Below, piece by piece: positions 17,687 through 26,765 of a stretch of 64,000 nt of DNA. Below the pieces are notes generated by a model. The model saw only the letters and a list, made by a program, of their open reading frames with translations. It did not search any database and was not told where the DNA came from. Numbering within the stretch: the stretch's first letter is position 1; each line of letters begins with the position of its first letter. Made by a program: the position numbers and the translations under genes. The DNA comes from Candidatus Heimdallarchaeota archaeon (GTDB lineage: Archaea; Asgardarchaeota; Heimdallarchaeia; Heimdallarchaeales; Heimdallarchaeaceae), in the NCBI GenBank assembly GCA_018238545.1, contig JABCTC010000005.1:32001-96000 (forward strand), in the 5' to 3' direction.

Positions 17687-18601
17687 ATGCATGAAATTAG
17701 GTTCCATGGTAGAGGAGGTACTGGAGCAGTTATGGCTTCAAGAGCACTTGCTAAGGCGGCGTTTTATGCAGGAAAGAATGCTGTATCCTTTCCATCTTTT
17801 AGTGCTGAGAGAAGAGGAGCATTGGTTTTAGCGTTTGCTCGAATCAACACTAAGAAAATCTACCGAAAGTCACAAATCTACGAACCTGACACAATTGTTG
17901 TTTTAGATAGTTCCCTAATTGAGTTGAAAGATGTCGCAAAAGGTCTAAAACCTGACGGAATCGGAATTATCAACACAACAAAGAAACCTAAGGAGATAAC
18001 ATTATCCAAAGTGATTAAACTTGGGGTTGTAGATGCAACAAGTATTGCTAAAGAAACTCTAGGGCAACCATTTGCTAATAGTGTCATATTAGGTTCTTTA
18101 ATTAGGAGTACAAAATTAGTTGGAATGGAAGAATTAGAGAAGGGTATTCTGTCTGTATTTGGTGCAAAACTGGGAGAAAAACAAGCAAAGAGAAATGTTG
18201 AAGCAGCTCGTAGAGGATATGAAGAAACACAATTTGGTAAATCACATGGAGGAAGAAATTACTCTAAATTGCAACCATGGTTACCATCTGTAGAAGAGCT
18301 GCCTATTGGAACTATCTTGCCAAAAACCACAGTTTCAACTGGACAGTTAATTGGACCAGGATCTGCAATCACACGGATAACAGGTACGTGGAGTTACATC
18401 AAGGCAGATATCGACCCAGAACTTTGTATTAAATGTCTTAAGTGTGTATTTCATTGTCCTGAGGGGACCATCCACCGAAAAAATAATGTTGTAATTGTAA
18501 ATAAAGCATATTGTAAGGCCTGTGGAATTTGTGAATCAATTTGTCCAGTAGATGCTATAAAAATGATAAAAATAAAAGAGTTTTCAGAAATCAAACCCTA
18601 A
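17687..18601 (+). CDS. 2-oxoacid:ferredoxin oxidoreductase gamma-delta fusion
   Basis: EIRFHGRGGTG, PSFSAERRGA, VDATSIA (gamma); TGTW plus two CxxCxxCxxxCP ferredoxin motifs (delta). Confidence 0.9.
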   Translation: MHEIRFHGRGGTGAVMASRALAKAAFYAGKNAVSFPSFSAERRGALVLAFARINTKKIYRKSQIYEPDTIVVLDSSLIELKDVAKGLKPDGIGIINTTKKPKEITLSKVIKLGVVDATSIAKETLGQPFANSVILGSLIRSTKLVGMEELEKGILSVFGAKLGEKQAKRNVEAARRGYEETQFGKSHGGRNYSKLQPWLPSVEELPIGTILPKTTVSTGQLIGPGSAITRITGTWSYIKADIDPELCIKCLKCVFHCPEGTIHRKNNVVIVNKAYCKACGICESICPVDAIKMIKIKEFSEIKP

Positions 18602-18605
18602 GCTC

Positions 18606-19478
18606 TTATTTGTATCTATCTAAATCATCTTTGTTATTTCGGTATTTTCCAGAGACTGATTTAGAATCAAAAGAGTAATCATTATTCGAATTACTTTCTT
18701 TTGCATCATTTTCAAAATCTTCTTCGTTCTCAAAATCTTCGAAATCTTCGAAATCGTTTTCTTCTGTATCTTGGTAGAATTCTATTTGGGTTTCAAGAAA
18801 CGAAGTATCAAATTCAGTAATTTTATTTGAGTGAAAATCTCTATTAATGTGAGTTTCTACTTCTTTTAGAGCCATTAATGCTGCATCATAATCGATGTCA
18901 AAAGTATTACAATAGGATAAAACAGCTAATACAGGAACACTATATGCTGTACCTTCTGTAAGGAGAAAACTTATTGGTCCTCTGATTGATAAGTCATCTC
19001 TGAAGGTTCTTTTTGTTCCATAAACTTCTGTGTATTTATTGGTAGGAACTAAAGCTATCCAAGAATCATCTGTAGTGTCTCTTACATCCTCTCTCAACCC
19101 ACCAATTATAATGTATCTCTTAGCATTCCAAGATAGAATCTCCTGTGCTAACCACTTCCAGAATGCGTCTGGTAAAGCATCGTAACCAACTACAGGGATC
19201 GGTAAACGCGAAGCTACCAAAACAACTTTTTCTTTCTTGTCGCTGGAATCTGCGTTCATAGAGTATACAGTAATTGGAGTTTCAATGTTAGCCTTATGAA
19301 ACCAACTCATCGTTCCCCAAAAACCAACAGAGACAACATCAGTCTCTTCGACAAGATGATTTAAGACAGTGGTTCCCACTGAACCGTAGCCCGTAAAACC
19401 TAGAATCACTGTCGTGTCAGAATCTATAATTGAGGTGTCAAAGGACATCTGATTAAGAAAAAGTGTTTTATTTTTCAT
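18606..19478 (-). CDS. PAC2-family proteasome assembly chaperone-like protein
   Basis: VILGFTGYGSVGT...HLVE, IIIGGL, IRGPISFLL; long acidic tail. The true start may be 19448. Confidence 0.75.
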   Translation of the reverse strand: MKNKTLFLNQMSFDTSIIDSDTTVILGFTGYGSVGTTVLNHLVEETDVVSVGFWGTMSWFHKANIETPITVYSMNADSSDKKEKVVLVASRLPIPVVGYDALPDAFWKWLAQEILSWNAKRYIIIGGLREDVRDTTDDSWIALVPTNKYTEVYGTKRTFRDDLSIRGPISFLLTEGTAYSVPVLAVLSYCNTFDIDYDAALMALKEVETHINRDFHSNKITEFDTSFLETQIEFYQDTEENDFEDFEDFENEEDFENDAKESNSNNDYSFDSKSVSGKYRNNKDDLDRYK

Positions 19479-19574
19479 TGTTTGATGAAGATATTTACAT
19501 GTGGTTAAAAAATTGATGGTTAGAGCGTTTTTTTGCGCTCAATTTTTGTTTGAATTTACTAGTTTCTGGTAAAT

Positions 19575-21170
19575 TCATGCTTCCTCAAGTTCAGTTTCTT
19601 TATCTTTTCTTCTCACTTTAGATTTATCTATAAATTCCTCTTCTTCAGGCCATAAGAAGGAAGCAATTGTAGTAAAGATAAGCAACAACACAATTGGAAC
19701 TAACAAGCCTATGAGATTATATGCAAAATTATCTGTTCTATCAGAAATTGCAAACACAATCATCAATGCTACACCACCTAAAATTATCCCAATTATTTCA
19801 CTTACTGAAATAATTGTCTGTTGAATACTCATAGTAGATCCATGTCTTTCTTCATCCATTCCGATTGAACTGCTATCTCCTAAGCGACCACTTATTGCGG
19901 GAAAATACGCTGCACCCAGGACGAGTGATATTACTAGTAATATAAGAATCCACCAGTTACTCGTAAAACCATCTGGATCAAATTCTGACGTGGGGTCATA
20001 CCAAGGTTGTCCTCCTGTCATGAAATTTCCAAAAAAGGATATTCCAATAACAACTGCCATCATTAGTAAACCTGCAACGCCTATTGAAAGAGCTTTCCGA
20101 CGTCCTATCTTATCAGCTATCCAACCCCAAAAGGCCATAGGCAGTCCCATAGTCAAAGTAAATACAACCGTAGTTAAACCAGCATCTGCAGGACTTGATT
20201 CAATTGACAAAATTAAGAAACCCCAGTTGTTCAGAATACCAATTATTGCAGCTGTTCCCAGCAGAGGTAAAACTATTCCTCTTCTGCTCTTATCAACCAT
20301 GAGTTTCCATGACATTAACAGCTCTTGTTTAACACTGTACTCTTCATGTTCAAGAACAGGTTTGGTTTTATCAATCATGAGAAAAACAACAACTGCAGAG
20401 ATTATTATTGCAAAAGCAAATAAAAGATAAAGATAGGCAAGTCTTTGGGGGTTGTTGGGTTGCCAATAAGTAATAACGTTTCTTGCACTTAGACTAAGTT
20501 CGTTAATTTTAGCAAAAAGATTGATTCCCCCGATCCTAATAAGCTCATTAACGCCAACTATGGAATTGTAAAGAACACCTGCTAAAAGAACACCTGCAGA
20601 TCTACCTCCAGAAACAGCTACATTGTATAGACCCATTTTAGTAGCTCTTGTTTCATAAACTGAAAATCTGGATATGTAGCCATAAGAAGCATTCACCTTG
20701 ATAGAACCTGCTAGACCATGCAAAAAATGAAATAAACTCATTCCAAAGATCATCAAACCATTAGCTAAGGGGATTATACCAATCCATCCTTGCCAATTGA
20801 GAGCACAAATTCCATAACCAATTAATATTAATCCTCCGGCAGCTGTTCCTAGTAGAATCCACCGTTTTGCATCAGACACATCAGATCTAAAACCAAAATA
20901 TCCCGAACTGATGATCACAGCAATGGCATAAGTTATTTCAACGAATATTATTGACAGATTCGCTTCCCAACCCTCCATTCGAAGATGAAGAAAGATGTAA
21001 ATTGGCATTAATACAGTTGTGCTGCCAAATGCGACTCTGAGGAAAAAAGTTGAGATTAAAATTCCAATAAAAGAAAGAGTAGGTCTCTTTTGAGTGTATA
21101 AATCATCGCCATCGTTTGTTTTGTCCAGAGTACCATCCAATTTATTTGATGATTTGTTGCGCATATTCAT
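19575..21170 (-). CDS. MFS transporter
   Basis: About 12 TM helices; GFRSD and WGWIADKIGRRKAL motif A. Confidence 0.88.
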   Translation of the reverse strand: MNMRNKSSNKLDGTLDKTNDGDDLYTQKRPTLSFIGILISTFFLRVAFGSTTVLMPIYIFLHLRMEGWEANLSIIFVEITYAIAVIISSGYFGFRSDVSDAKRWILLGTAAGGLILIGYGICALNWQGWIGIIPLANGLMIFGMSLFHFLHGLAGSIKVNASYGYISRFSVYETRATKMGLYNVAVSGGRSAGVLLAGVLYNSIVGVNELIRIGGINLFAKINELSLSARNVITYWQPNNPQRLAYLYLLFAFAIIISAVVVFLMIDKTKPVLEHEEYSVKQELLMSWKLMVDKSRRGIVLPLLGTAAIIGILNNWGFLILSIESSPADAGLTTVVFTLTMGLPMAFWGWIADKIGRRKALSIGVAGLLMMAVVIGISFFGNFMTGGQPWYDPTSEFDPDGFTSNWWILILLVISLVLGAAYFPAISGRLGDSSSIGMDEERHGSTMSIQQTIISVSEIIGIILGGVALMIVFAISDRTDNFAYNLIGLLVPIVLLLIFTTIASFLWPEEEEFIDKSKVRRKDKETELEEA

Positions 21171-21385
21171 TATTCCTTAATTGATAATCGAAGTGTGTCA
21201 GTCTTATTATTAAAATTTTTGCTGATATTTTCAGATTTAGCTTTTAGTTATTGATTAAAGTGAGTAGCAAAATTAACTTGGAATAAAAACACCAACTGAG
21301 AGTACTTAAACGAAAATCGACATAGTTCATAAGTGAAATGTTTAATTATTATAAAAAAATACCTTGAAGTATACGAGAAGTAGCG

Positions 21386-21417
21386 TAAAGTATTTAAGAA
21401 AGGCATAAAGTATTTAA
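21386..21417 (+). promoter_or_regulatory. Tandem 12-bp direct repeat TAAAGTATTTAA (20-bp period)
   Basis: Exact copies at 21386-21397 and 21406-21417, upstream of 21470; BRE/TATA-like or an operator. Confidence 0.5.
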
Positions 21418-21469
21418 TACTGTAAGAACATAAAATAATTATTAATAGAACAGATGGAGAATTAGAAAA

Positions 21470-21898
21470 ATGAGCAGTGAAAAGCAGTCCGTAACAATTG
21501 CCAAGATGGTCAAATTAGAGGCTGAAAGGCCGATTGAACTACCCGAGGAATTTTTATCAGCTCTAAAACCCGATGGCAAGACTTATGCTGTCTTGATTTT
21601 AGCTCCCAACACTCGAATAATCAGAATAATTCCAACAAGTACAAATGAAGTCGCGAAGATTAACATCAATATTGGGAAACTTTCTCCTGATTTCCTTCGT
21701 AAGATGGGTTCTATTTTCATCAGACTTGGTATTAAGACACTCTACAGTACTGGTCTTTGTTTCACTCAGAGCGCCTGTGTGTATGAAGGGTACATTGACT
21801 CTGATGAATTAAAGGAAGTCAGTATTGATCAGATCAAAGATGAGCTTGAAAGAATTGAAGGCGTATCGAGTGTCGAGGTAGAAACGCTAACAGTATAA
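21470..21898 (+). CDS. Hypothetical protein, AbrB-like N-terminus plus ACT-like C-terminus
   Basis: KLEAERPIELPEEF..AL; PDFLRKMGSIFIRLGIKTLYS...IKDELERIEGVSSVEV. Confidence 0.55.
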   Translation: MSSEKQSVTIAKMVKLEAERPIELPEEFLSALKPDGKTYAVLILAPNTRIIRIIPTSTNEVAKININIGKLSPDFLRKMGSIFIRLGIKTLYSTGLCFTQSACVYEGYIDSDELKEVSIDQIKDELERIEGVSSVEVETLTV

Positions 21899-21912
21899 AG
21901 GGGCCAACCTTA

Positions 21913-22629
21913 TTGGTTCAACGGAGTAGGAAAAAAGAAAAAAGATTAAATTTACTCCTTCACCCGTTGCGCCGTGAGATTTACAGACTAGTGTGTGAAA
22001 CCCCAGGGGTTTACTTTTTTGAATTATCTAGTGCATTAACAGCTCCACATGGTACTGTAAACTGGCATCTTAGAAAACTAGAAGAGGCAAGTTTGATAAA
22101 TTCTATGAAATTTGGAGGTAAAAGAGTTTATTATTCCCGAAATTTGCGTACAAAAGATGTTGAGAAAGCTTTTGTTGTTTTGAAGCATGTGACAGCACGT
22201 AAGGTTTTTGCACATATATTAAACAGCGAGAACTGCCACCAAACACAAATTGCTCGGAGCTTGGGTATTCATCATGACACAGTTCGTCACCATACTCTGC
22301 GTATGGAGAAAGCAAATTTAATTGAAAGTTTTAAAGATGGAAGAAAAACCTGTTATAGGCTTGGAGAGATTGGGAAAAAACTCCAAGAAGATAGTTTGAA
22401 TACAATCTCAAACACATATATCGCAGCTCTGATGGACATTCTTGAAGAAAGTTGTCTTCATCCAGAAATAGAGGAAATAAGTACAAAGCATCTGACAATA
22501 AGAATCGAATGTCCTGGATCAACAGATGCTACTTTTACAATTTCGTTAGATCAATGGTCATTTGATGAAGAAGAATTCGATGTTGTACAAACTGAGGGAG
22601 AAAGAGAAATTGCTCAAGAGGAATCATAA
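21913..22629 (+). CDS. Double winged-helix (ArsR-like) transcriptional regulator
   Basis: RREIYRLV..TPG..F.EL...HGTVNWHLRKLEEASLI; second HTH HQTQIARSLGIHHDTVRHH..RME.ANLI. Confidence 0.82.
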   Translation: MVQRSRKKEKRLNLLLHPLRREIYRLVCETPGVYFFELSSALTAPHGTVNWHLRKLEEASLINSMKFGGKRVYYSRNLRTKDVEKAFVVLKHVTARKVFAHILNSENCHQTQIARSLGIHHDTVRHHTLRMEKANLIESFKDGRKTCYRLGEIGKKLQEDSLNTISNTYIAALMDILEESCLHPEIEEISTKHLTIRIECPGSTDATFTISLDQWSFDEEEFDVVQTEGEREIAQEES

Positions 22630-22674
22630 TTTCACACAGAGTGCTTGTGTGTATGAAGGCTATATCGACTCTGA
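22630..22674 (+). repeat. 45-nt direct repeat of 21760-21804 (gene fragment with synonymous-only divergence)
   Basis: 39/45 identical; both copies encode FTQSACVYEGYIDS. Confidence 0.9.
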
Positions 22675-22799
22675 AATTGATTGTTCTAGATGAAACGGGA
22701 TTTTTTTACAAATAAGTCAATTAATTAACCAAAAATAAATTTCTTCAAAAAAATAGCTTTATAAGGGAATTTGGCAATCCATCATAAGGAGTGTCAAAT

Positions 22800-23816
22800 A
22801 TGAGTTCGAAGACTAAAGTATCTTCTACTAAAAGTAAAAAATCAACTAAAATCGATATTAAAGGCCTTGCAAAGAAAATTAAAGAAATTAAGAAAAACAT
22901 GAGCAAGGTAATTGTCGGACAAGAAGAAGTTATAGATGCAATGATTACAGCACTTATCGCAGATGGTCATGTTCTGCTTGAAGGAGTGCCAGGAATTGCA
23001 AAAACATTAATGGTACGTGCTTTATCAAAAGCAGTTTCAGCAGAGTTCAAAAGAATACAGTTTACTCCAGATCTTATGCCATCAGATGTTACAGGAGTTA
23101 TGGCTTACAAACCCGAAACAGGTGAATTTTACTTCAAACAAGGACCGGTTTTTACAAATTTGTTACTAGCAGATGAAATTAACAGAGCGCCACCCAAATC
23201 TCAAGCTTCAATGCTTGAAAGTATGCAAGAAAAGCAAGTAACAATTGAGAAAAAAACCTACAACCTTCCAGAACCATTTATTGTTTATGCAACTCAGAAC
23301 CCAATCGAAACTGAGGGAACGTATCCTTTACCTGAAGCTCAAATTGATCGTTTTGCCTTCAAAGTTCTAGTAACCTATCCAAAAGAGGATGAGGAAGTAG
23401 AAATCGTAGAAAGGTTTACTGGTGAGCATGATTCTTACGATAAATTGGAAGATATTAAACCAATACTGACTGCCAACGATGTAATCGAACTCCAAAAACT
23501 TGTTCGTAAAGATGTTACCATTTCTGATGAATTAGCTAAATATATCGTCCGTATCGTCAATTTAACTCGTGAAAGTGAGGAAGTATATATGGGTGCAAGT
23601 CCAAGGGCAAGCTTATGGATGACAATTGCCGCAAAAGCATCCGCAGCGATGGAAAGCAGAACTTATGTTAATCCAATTGATATACAAAAGATAGCTAAGA
23701 ACGTTCTTAGACACAGAGTTCTTATTAAGCCTGAATACGAATTTGATGGCACCACATCTGAAATAATTATTGACCGAATCCTACAACACACTCCTGCACC
23801 TAGTGTTCAATCATAG
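22800..23816 (+). CDS. moxR: MoxR-family AAA+ ATPase
   Basis: GHVLLEGVPGIAKT, RIQFTPDLMPSD, LLADEINRAPPK, ATQNPIETEGTYPLPEAQIDRF. Confidence 0.95.
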   Translation: MSSKTKVSSTKSKKSTKIDIKGLAKKIKEIKKNMSKVIVGQEEVIDAMITALIADGHVLLEGVPGIAKTLMVRALSKAVSAEFKRIQFTPDLMPSDVTGVMAYKPETGEFYFKQGPVFTNLLLADEINRAPPKSQASMLESMQEKQVTIEKKTYNLPEPFIVYATQNPIETEGTYPLPEAQIDRFAFKVLVTYPKEDEEVEIVERFTGEHDSYDKLEDIKPILTANDVIELQKLVRKDVTISDELAKYIVRIVNLTRESEEVYMGASPRASLWMTIAAKASAAMESRTYVNPIDIQKIAKNVLRHRVLIKPEYEFDGTTSEIIIDRILQHTPAPSVQS

Positions 23817-23841
23817 AGTTTGAAAAATTCAATTACAGAGT

Positions 23842-26049
23842 TTGAAAAGTATGAAACTATCTCGGAAATCCATATTCCTTTTAGTTATTGTCCTTGAAAT
23901 ATCAGGGCTTATAGTGGTAAGTGGGCTTACTATAAACTCCAAATTGAACGATTCATCGAATATTCAAGCTCAAGCTGAAGATTTGACAGTGACCATTGAA
24001 AAAGATCAGTTCTATTTCAAAAATGACACCGTAAAATCAAACGCCTACATCTATTGGGCAGAACTTGAAGGTGGTAAGTTAACTATTTATGGAAACACTT
24101 CAGACATGTACCAAATAGAATTTTGGGATGGTATAGGCAACCTTACTCAAAAAACAGAAGAACAAAATGGCGATTATGAGATTTTTCCAGACAGGATAGT
24201 TATTACTATTCGCACAACAGAGTTGTATTATCAGATACGAAGTAATTATTATCCAGATTATTTTCTTGATACAAATTTCATAGTTATTTTTGATACATTC
24301 TGGGCTCAATTCAGCTATTTGACTCCAGAGGGAGAGGAGAGATATGCGCCAGTAAATTATCATAATAGGCAATTACTTCCAGAAGGGGCTGGAATAGTAA
24401 GCTATGCCCCAACAGATGGAGCTATTATCGTAAAGGAAGGAAATTCATTTGGCATAGTTTGGGAATATTCTGAAAGAGCTATGGACCCTTTCCATGAACC
24501 ATTAACTTATGAAATAACATATAATTTTGATCCAATCTATCTGCAGTTTACAGAGCAGATGTTTAATAATCAACAGCAGCAACAAGAGAAAGAACAAATT
24601 GATAATTTGCTAGATTTATTAAAAACATATTTCAAATTAATAACTTATTTTGCTATAGTTTTAAGTGTTATAGCTGCACTTCTTGGTTATTTAAGAGCAA
24701 AAAGGAAATTTAAATCACGATTAAATGAAGCACGAAATATGCCAAAAAAAATGCTGAAAGACATCGAAAAAGAGACCGATACCGGCAAAAGGGTTTCTTC
24801 AATGTTCAGTGTTCTTTTCTTGGTATTAATTCTCTCTTCAGCACTTCATCAAGGAGATAATTTGACAGAGGCTCAAGATGTATCATATCTAGCTAATAAT
24901 AGACAAATTACAATAGATGACTATTCTGAACTAGAGGCTTCTAGTGAGAATATTTTATACGACACTTCCATTGATTTAGGTAAAGATGGCATTGCGTATG
25001 AAACGGTGACAATAGAACTCCCGTACACTATAGATAATTTCAGTATCTGGGTTGATACAACAACAGTACTTGATTTTAGAGCTTACAACAGCTTAGGAGC
25101 ACCAATATCTTATCAAGAATTTACTGATCATTTTCTTATAAGAAATGTTCAAGGATATGTTAAATATGAGATAGTGAAACCTTACATTTACTATAACAAT
25201 AGCAATATTCTAGTGTATATAGATTATTTTTGGTTACTTTTCGTAGACGAAGAAGCAGAGGAGGAAGATATAGGATACTTGAAAGCAGATATAGATTTCA
25301 CTATAGTAGTTCCTGATGGAGCGATACTATATAGTGCATCTCCAGAAGATATTTTGACTCTATCTCAAACTCCAGAGGGGAGAAGAAAAGTATCATTCTC
25401 TGATACAGATAGACAAATCGATCCTTATCATGAACTTTTCTCAACACAAGTGACTTTCTCCTATATAGATGTGATAGAAGCTATAGAAAACCAATCAGCA
25501 AGATTCGAGCATTTCCAAGTCGATATAGAACTGACAACTGAGCAGATAATAGAGTTTACTAGAAATTTGATCTTCATAAGTTTATTAGGTTTAATTGCAC
25601 CTATACTATCATTTCTCTTAACATACTTCATAATGAGAAGAAGGATGATGCGTAAAATCAAAGAAGAGGAACAAAAACATGAGATGCTTATATCGGTCGA
25701 GGAAATTCAACTAAGGGCAATGAAAGATGCGCTAAAAATAGATATTTCAAAAGAACCTTGGAAAGCAATGCTTGGAGAATATTGGGAATTATTGTCCTAT
25801 CTTAGCAGATTTACACCTGTTAATATGCTAGGATTAAATGAAGAGATACATGAAAAGACTGTTCGCAAGTATCTTCCTTCAATGTTAATATCAGAAACCT
25901 TAGAATTATTATCTGTTGGAAAAGCCCTTTCAGATAATTGGAAGAACGAAGAACAAATACACTATACAAGACACCAAGCTCGAGATTACCTTGAATCAGT
26001 GATGAAATTGATTGAGAAAACAGAAAAATGGAGAAAAGAGAATTCATGA
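23842..26049 (+). CDS. Membrane protein with duplicated ectodomain-TM module
   Basis: DTFW..F...LLPEGAGIVSYAP...MDPFHE..TYEITYNF is repeated as DYFW..F...VVPDGAILYSASP...IDPYHE..STQVTFSY; each copy is followed by a TM. Confidence 0.7.
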   Translation: MKSMKLSRKSIFLLVIVLEISGLIVVSGLTINSKLNDSSNIQAQAEDLTVTIEKDQFYFKNDTVKSNAYIYWAELEGGKLTIYGNTSDMYQIEFWDGIGNLTQKTEEQNGDYEIFPDRIVITIRTTELYYQIRSNYYPDYFLDTNFIVIFDTFWAQFSYLTPEGEERYAPVNYHNRQLLPEGAGIVSYAPTDGAIIVKEGNSFGIVWEYSERAMDPFHEPLTYEITYNFDPIYLQFTEQMFNNQQQQQEKEQIDNLLDLLKTYFKLITYFAIVLSVIAALLGYLRAKRKFKSRLNEARNMPKKMLKDIEKETDTGKRVSSMFSVLFLVLILSSALHQGDNLTEAQDVSYLANNRQITIDDYSELEASSENILYDTSIDLGKDGIAYETVTIELPYTIDNFSIWVDTTTVLDFRAYNSLGAPISYQEFTDHFLIRNVQGYVKYEIVKPYIYYNNSNILVYIDYFWLLFVDEEAEEEDIGYLKADIDFTIVVPDGAILYSASPEDILTLSQTPEGRRKVSFSDTDRQIDPYHELFSTQVTFSYIDVIEAIENQSARFEHFQVDIELTTEQIIEFTRNLIFISLLGLIAPILSFLLTYFIMRRRMMRKIKEEEQKHEMLISVEEIQLRAMKDALKIDISKEPWKAMLGEYWELLSYLSRFTPVNMLGLNEEIHEKTVRKYLPSMLISETLELLSVGKALSDNWKNEEQIHYTRHQARDYLESVMKLIEKTEKWRKENS

Positions 26050-26765
26050 AAAAAGTTAGCAAAATTATAGTTTTTATTTTACTTATAAGCATACTAGCTT
26101 TAGATTTTACAAGTTATGTTTCAATAAGTCAAGAGTCAGTATATACATCACCAAAGGAGACATTGGAAATCAATGGAGATACAAATTTCACTGTATATTC
26201 AACAGCACCTTTAACTTGGGAGTCAAACAGTCAGACAAATTATACAGTTTACTTTAATTCCACTGGCGTGCCCCTAGGTGAAAATATTACTCTTGTAAGT
26301 GTCGCAATTTACTATAATATTCCTGATAATCCCCACAGACAACAAGCTCGTATTCTTACTCCTCAAGTTAATCTAACAGGTGTTAACCAACAATATGAAA
26401 TATTGAGTTCTCTACGACCTCCCTCAGATGCAGATGAGTTTAACATAACAATTGAAATCGTTGCTAGAAGCACATCTGAACCTGAAAACAAATTATTCGA
26501 AACACAATTCCCAGGGGATGGAATATATATTGATATTAAAACGGACTTGGTTCTACCTGTAATAAATCTTCCAGGATTCCCAAATATCGAAACTTTTGCA
26601 AGGTGGATTTTCATTTTTGCAGTTGCTTTTGTAATAATCTCCTTACCAGCAATTTTCGTTGTTTCTTTCAAAATCCAAGATTTTGTGAAAACACGTAAAA
26701 AAAGTGGAAAGAAGGAGAGAACCAAAACGAGAAAAAGTAAAAGAGAAGGAGGAAAGAAAAAATGA
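26046..26765 (+). CDS. Single-pass surface protein
   Basis: ATGA overlap with the upstream gene; signal peptide; C-terminal TM plus K/R-rich tail. Confidence 0.7.
   Translation: MKKVSKIIVFILLISILALDFTSYVSISQESVYTSPKETLEINGDTNFTVYSTAPLTWESNSQTNYTVYFNSTGVPLGENITLVSVAIYYNIPDNPHRQQARILTPQVNLTGVNQQYEILSSLRPPSDADEFNITIEIVARSTSEPENKLFETQFPGDGIYIDIKTDLVLPVINLPGFPNIETFARWIFIFAVAFVIISLPAIFVVSFKIQDFVKTRKKSGKKERTKTRKSKREGGKKK

Noticed and set aside
21760-22674. 45-nt repeat pair as a diversity-generating retroelement TR/VR
   Set aside because: Mismatches are not adenine-specific, all are synonymous, and there is no reverse transcriptase in the window.
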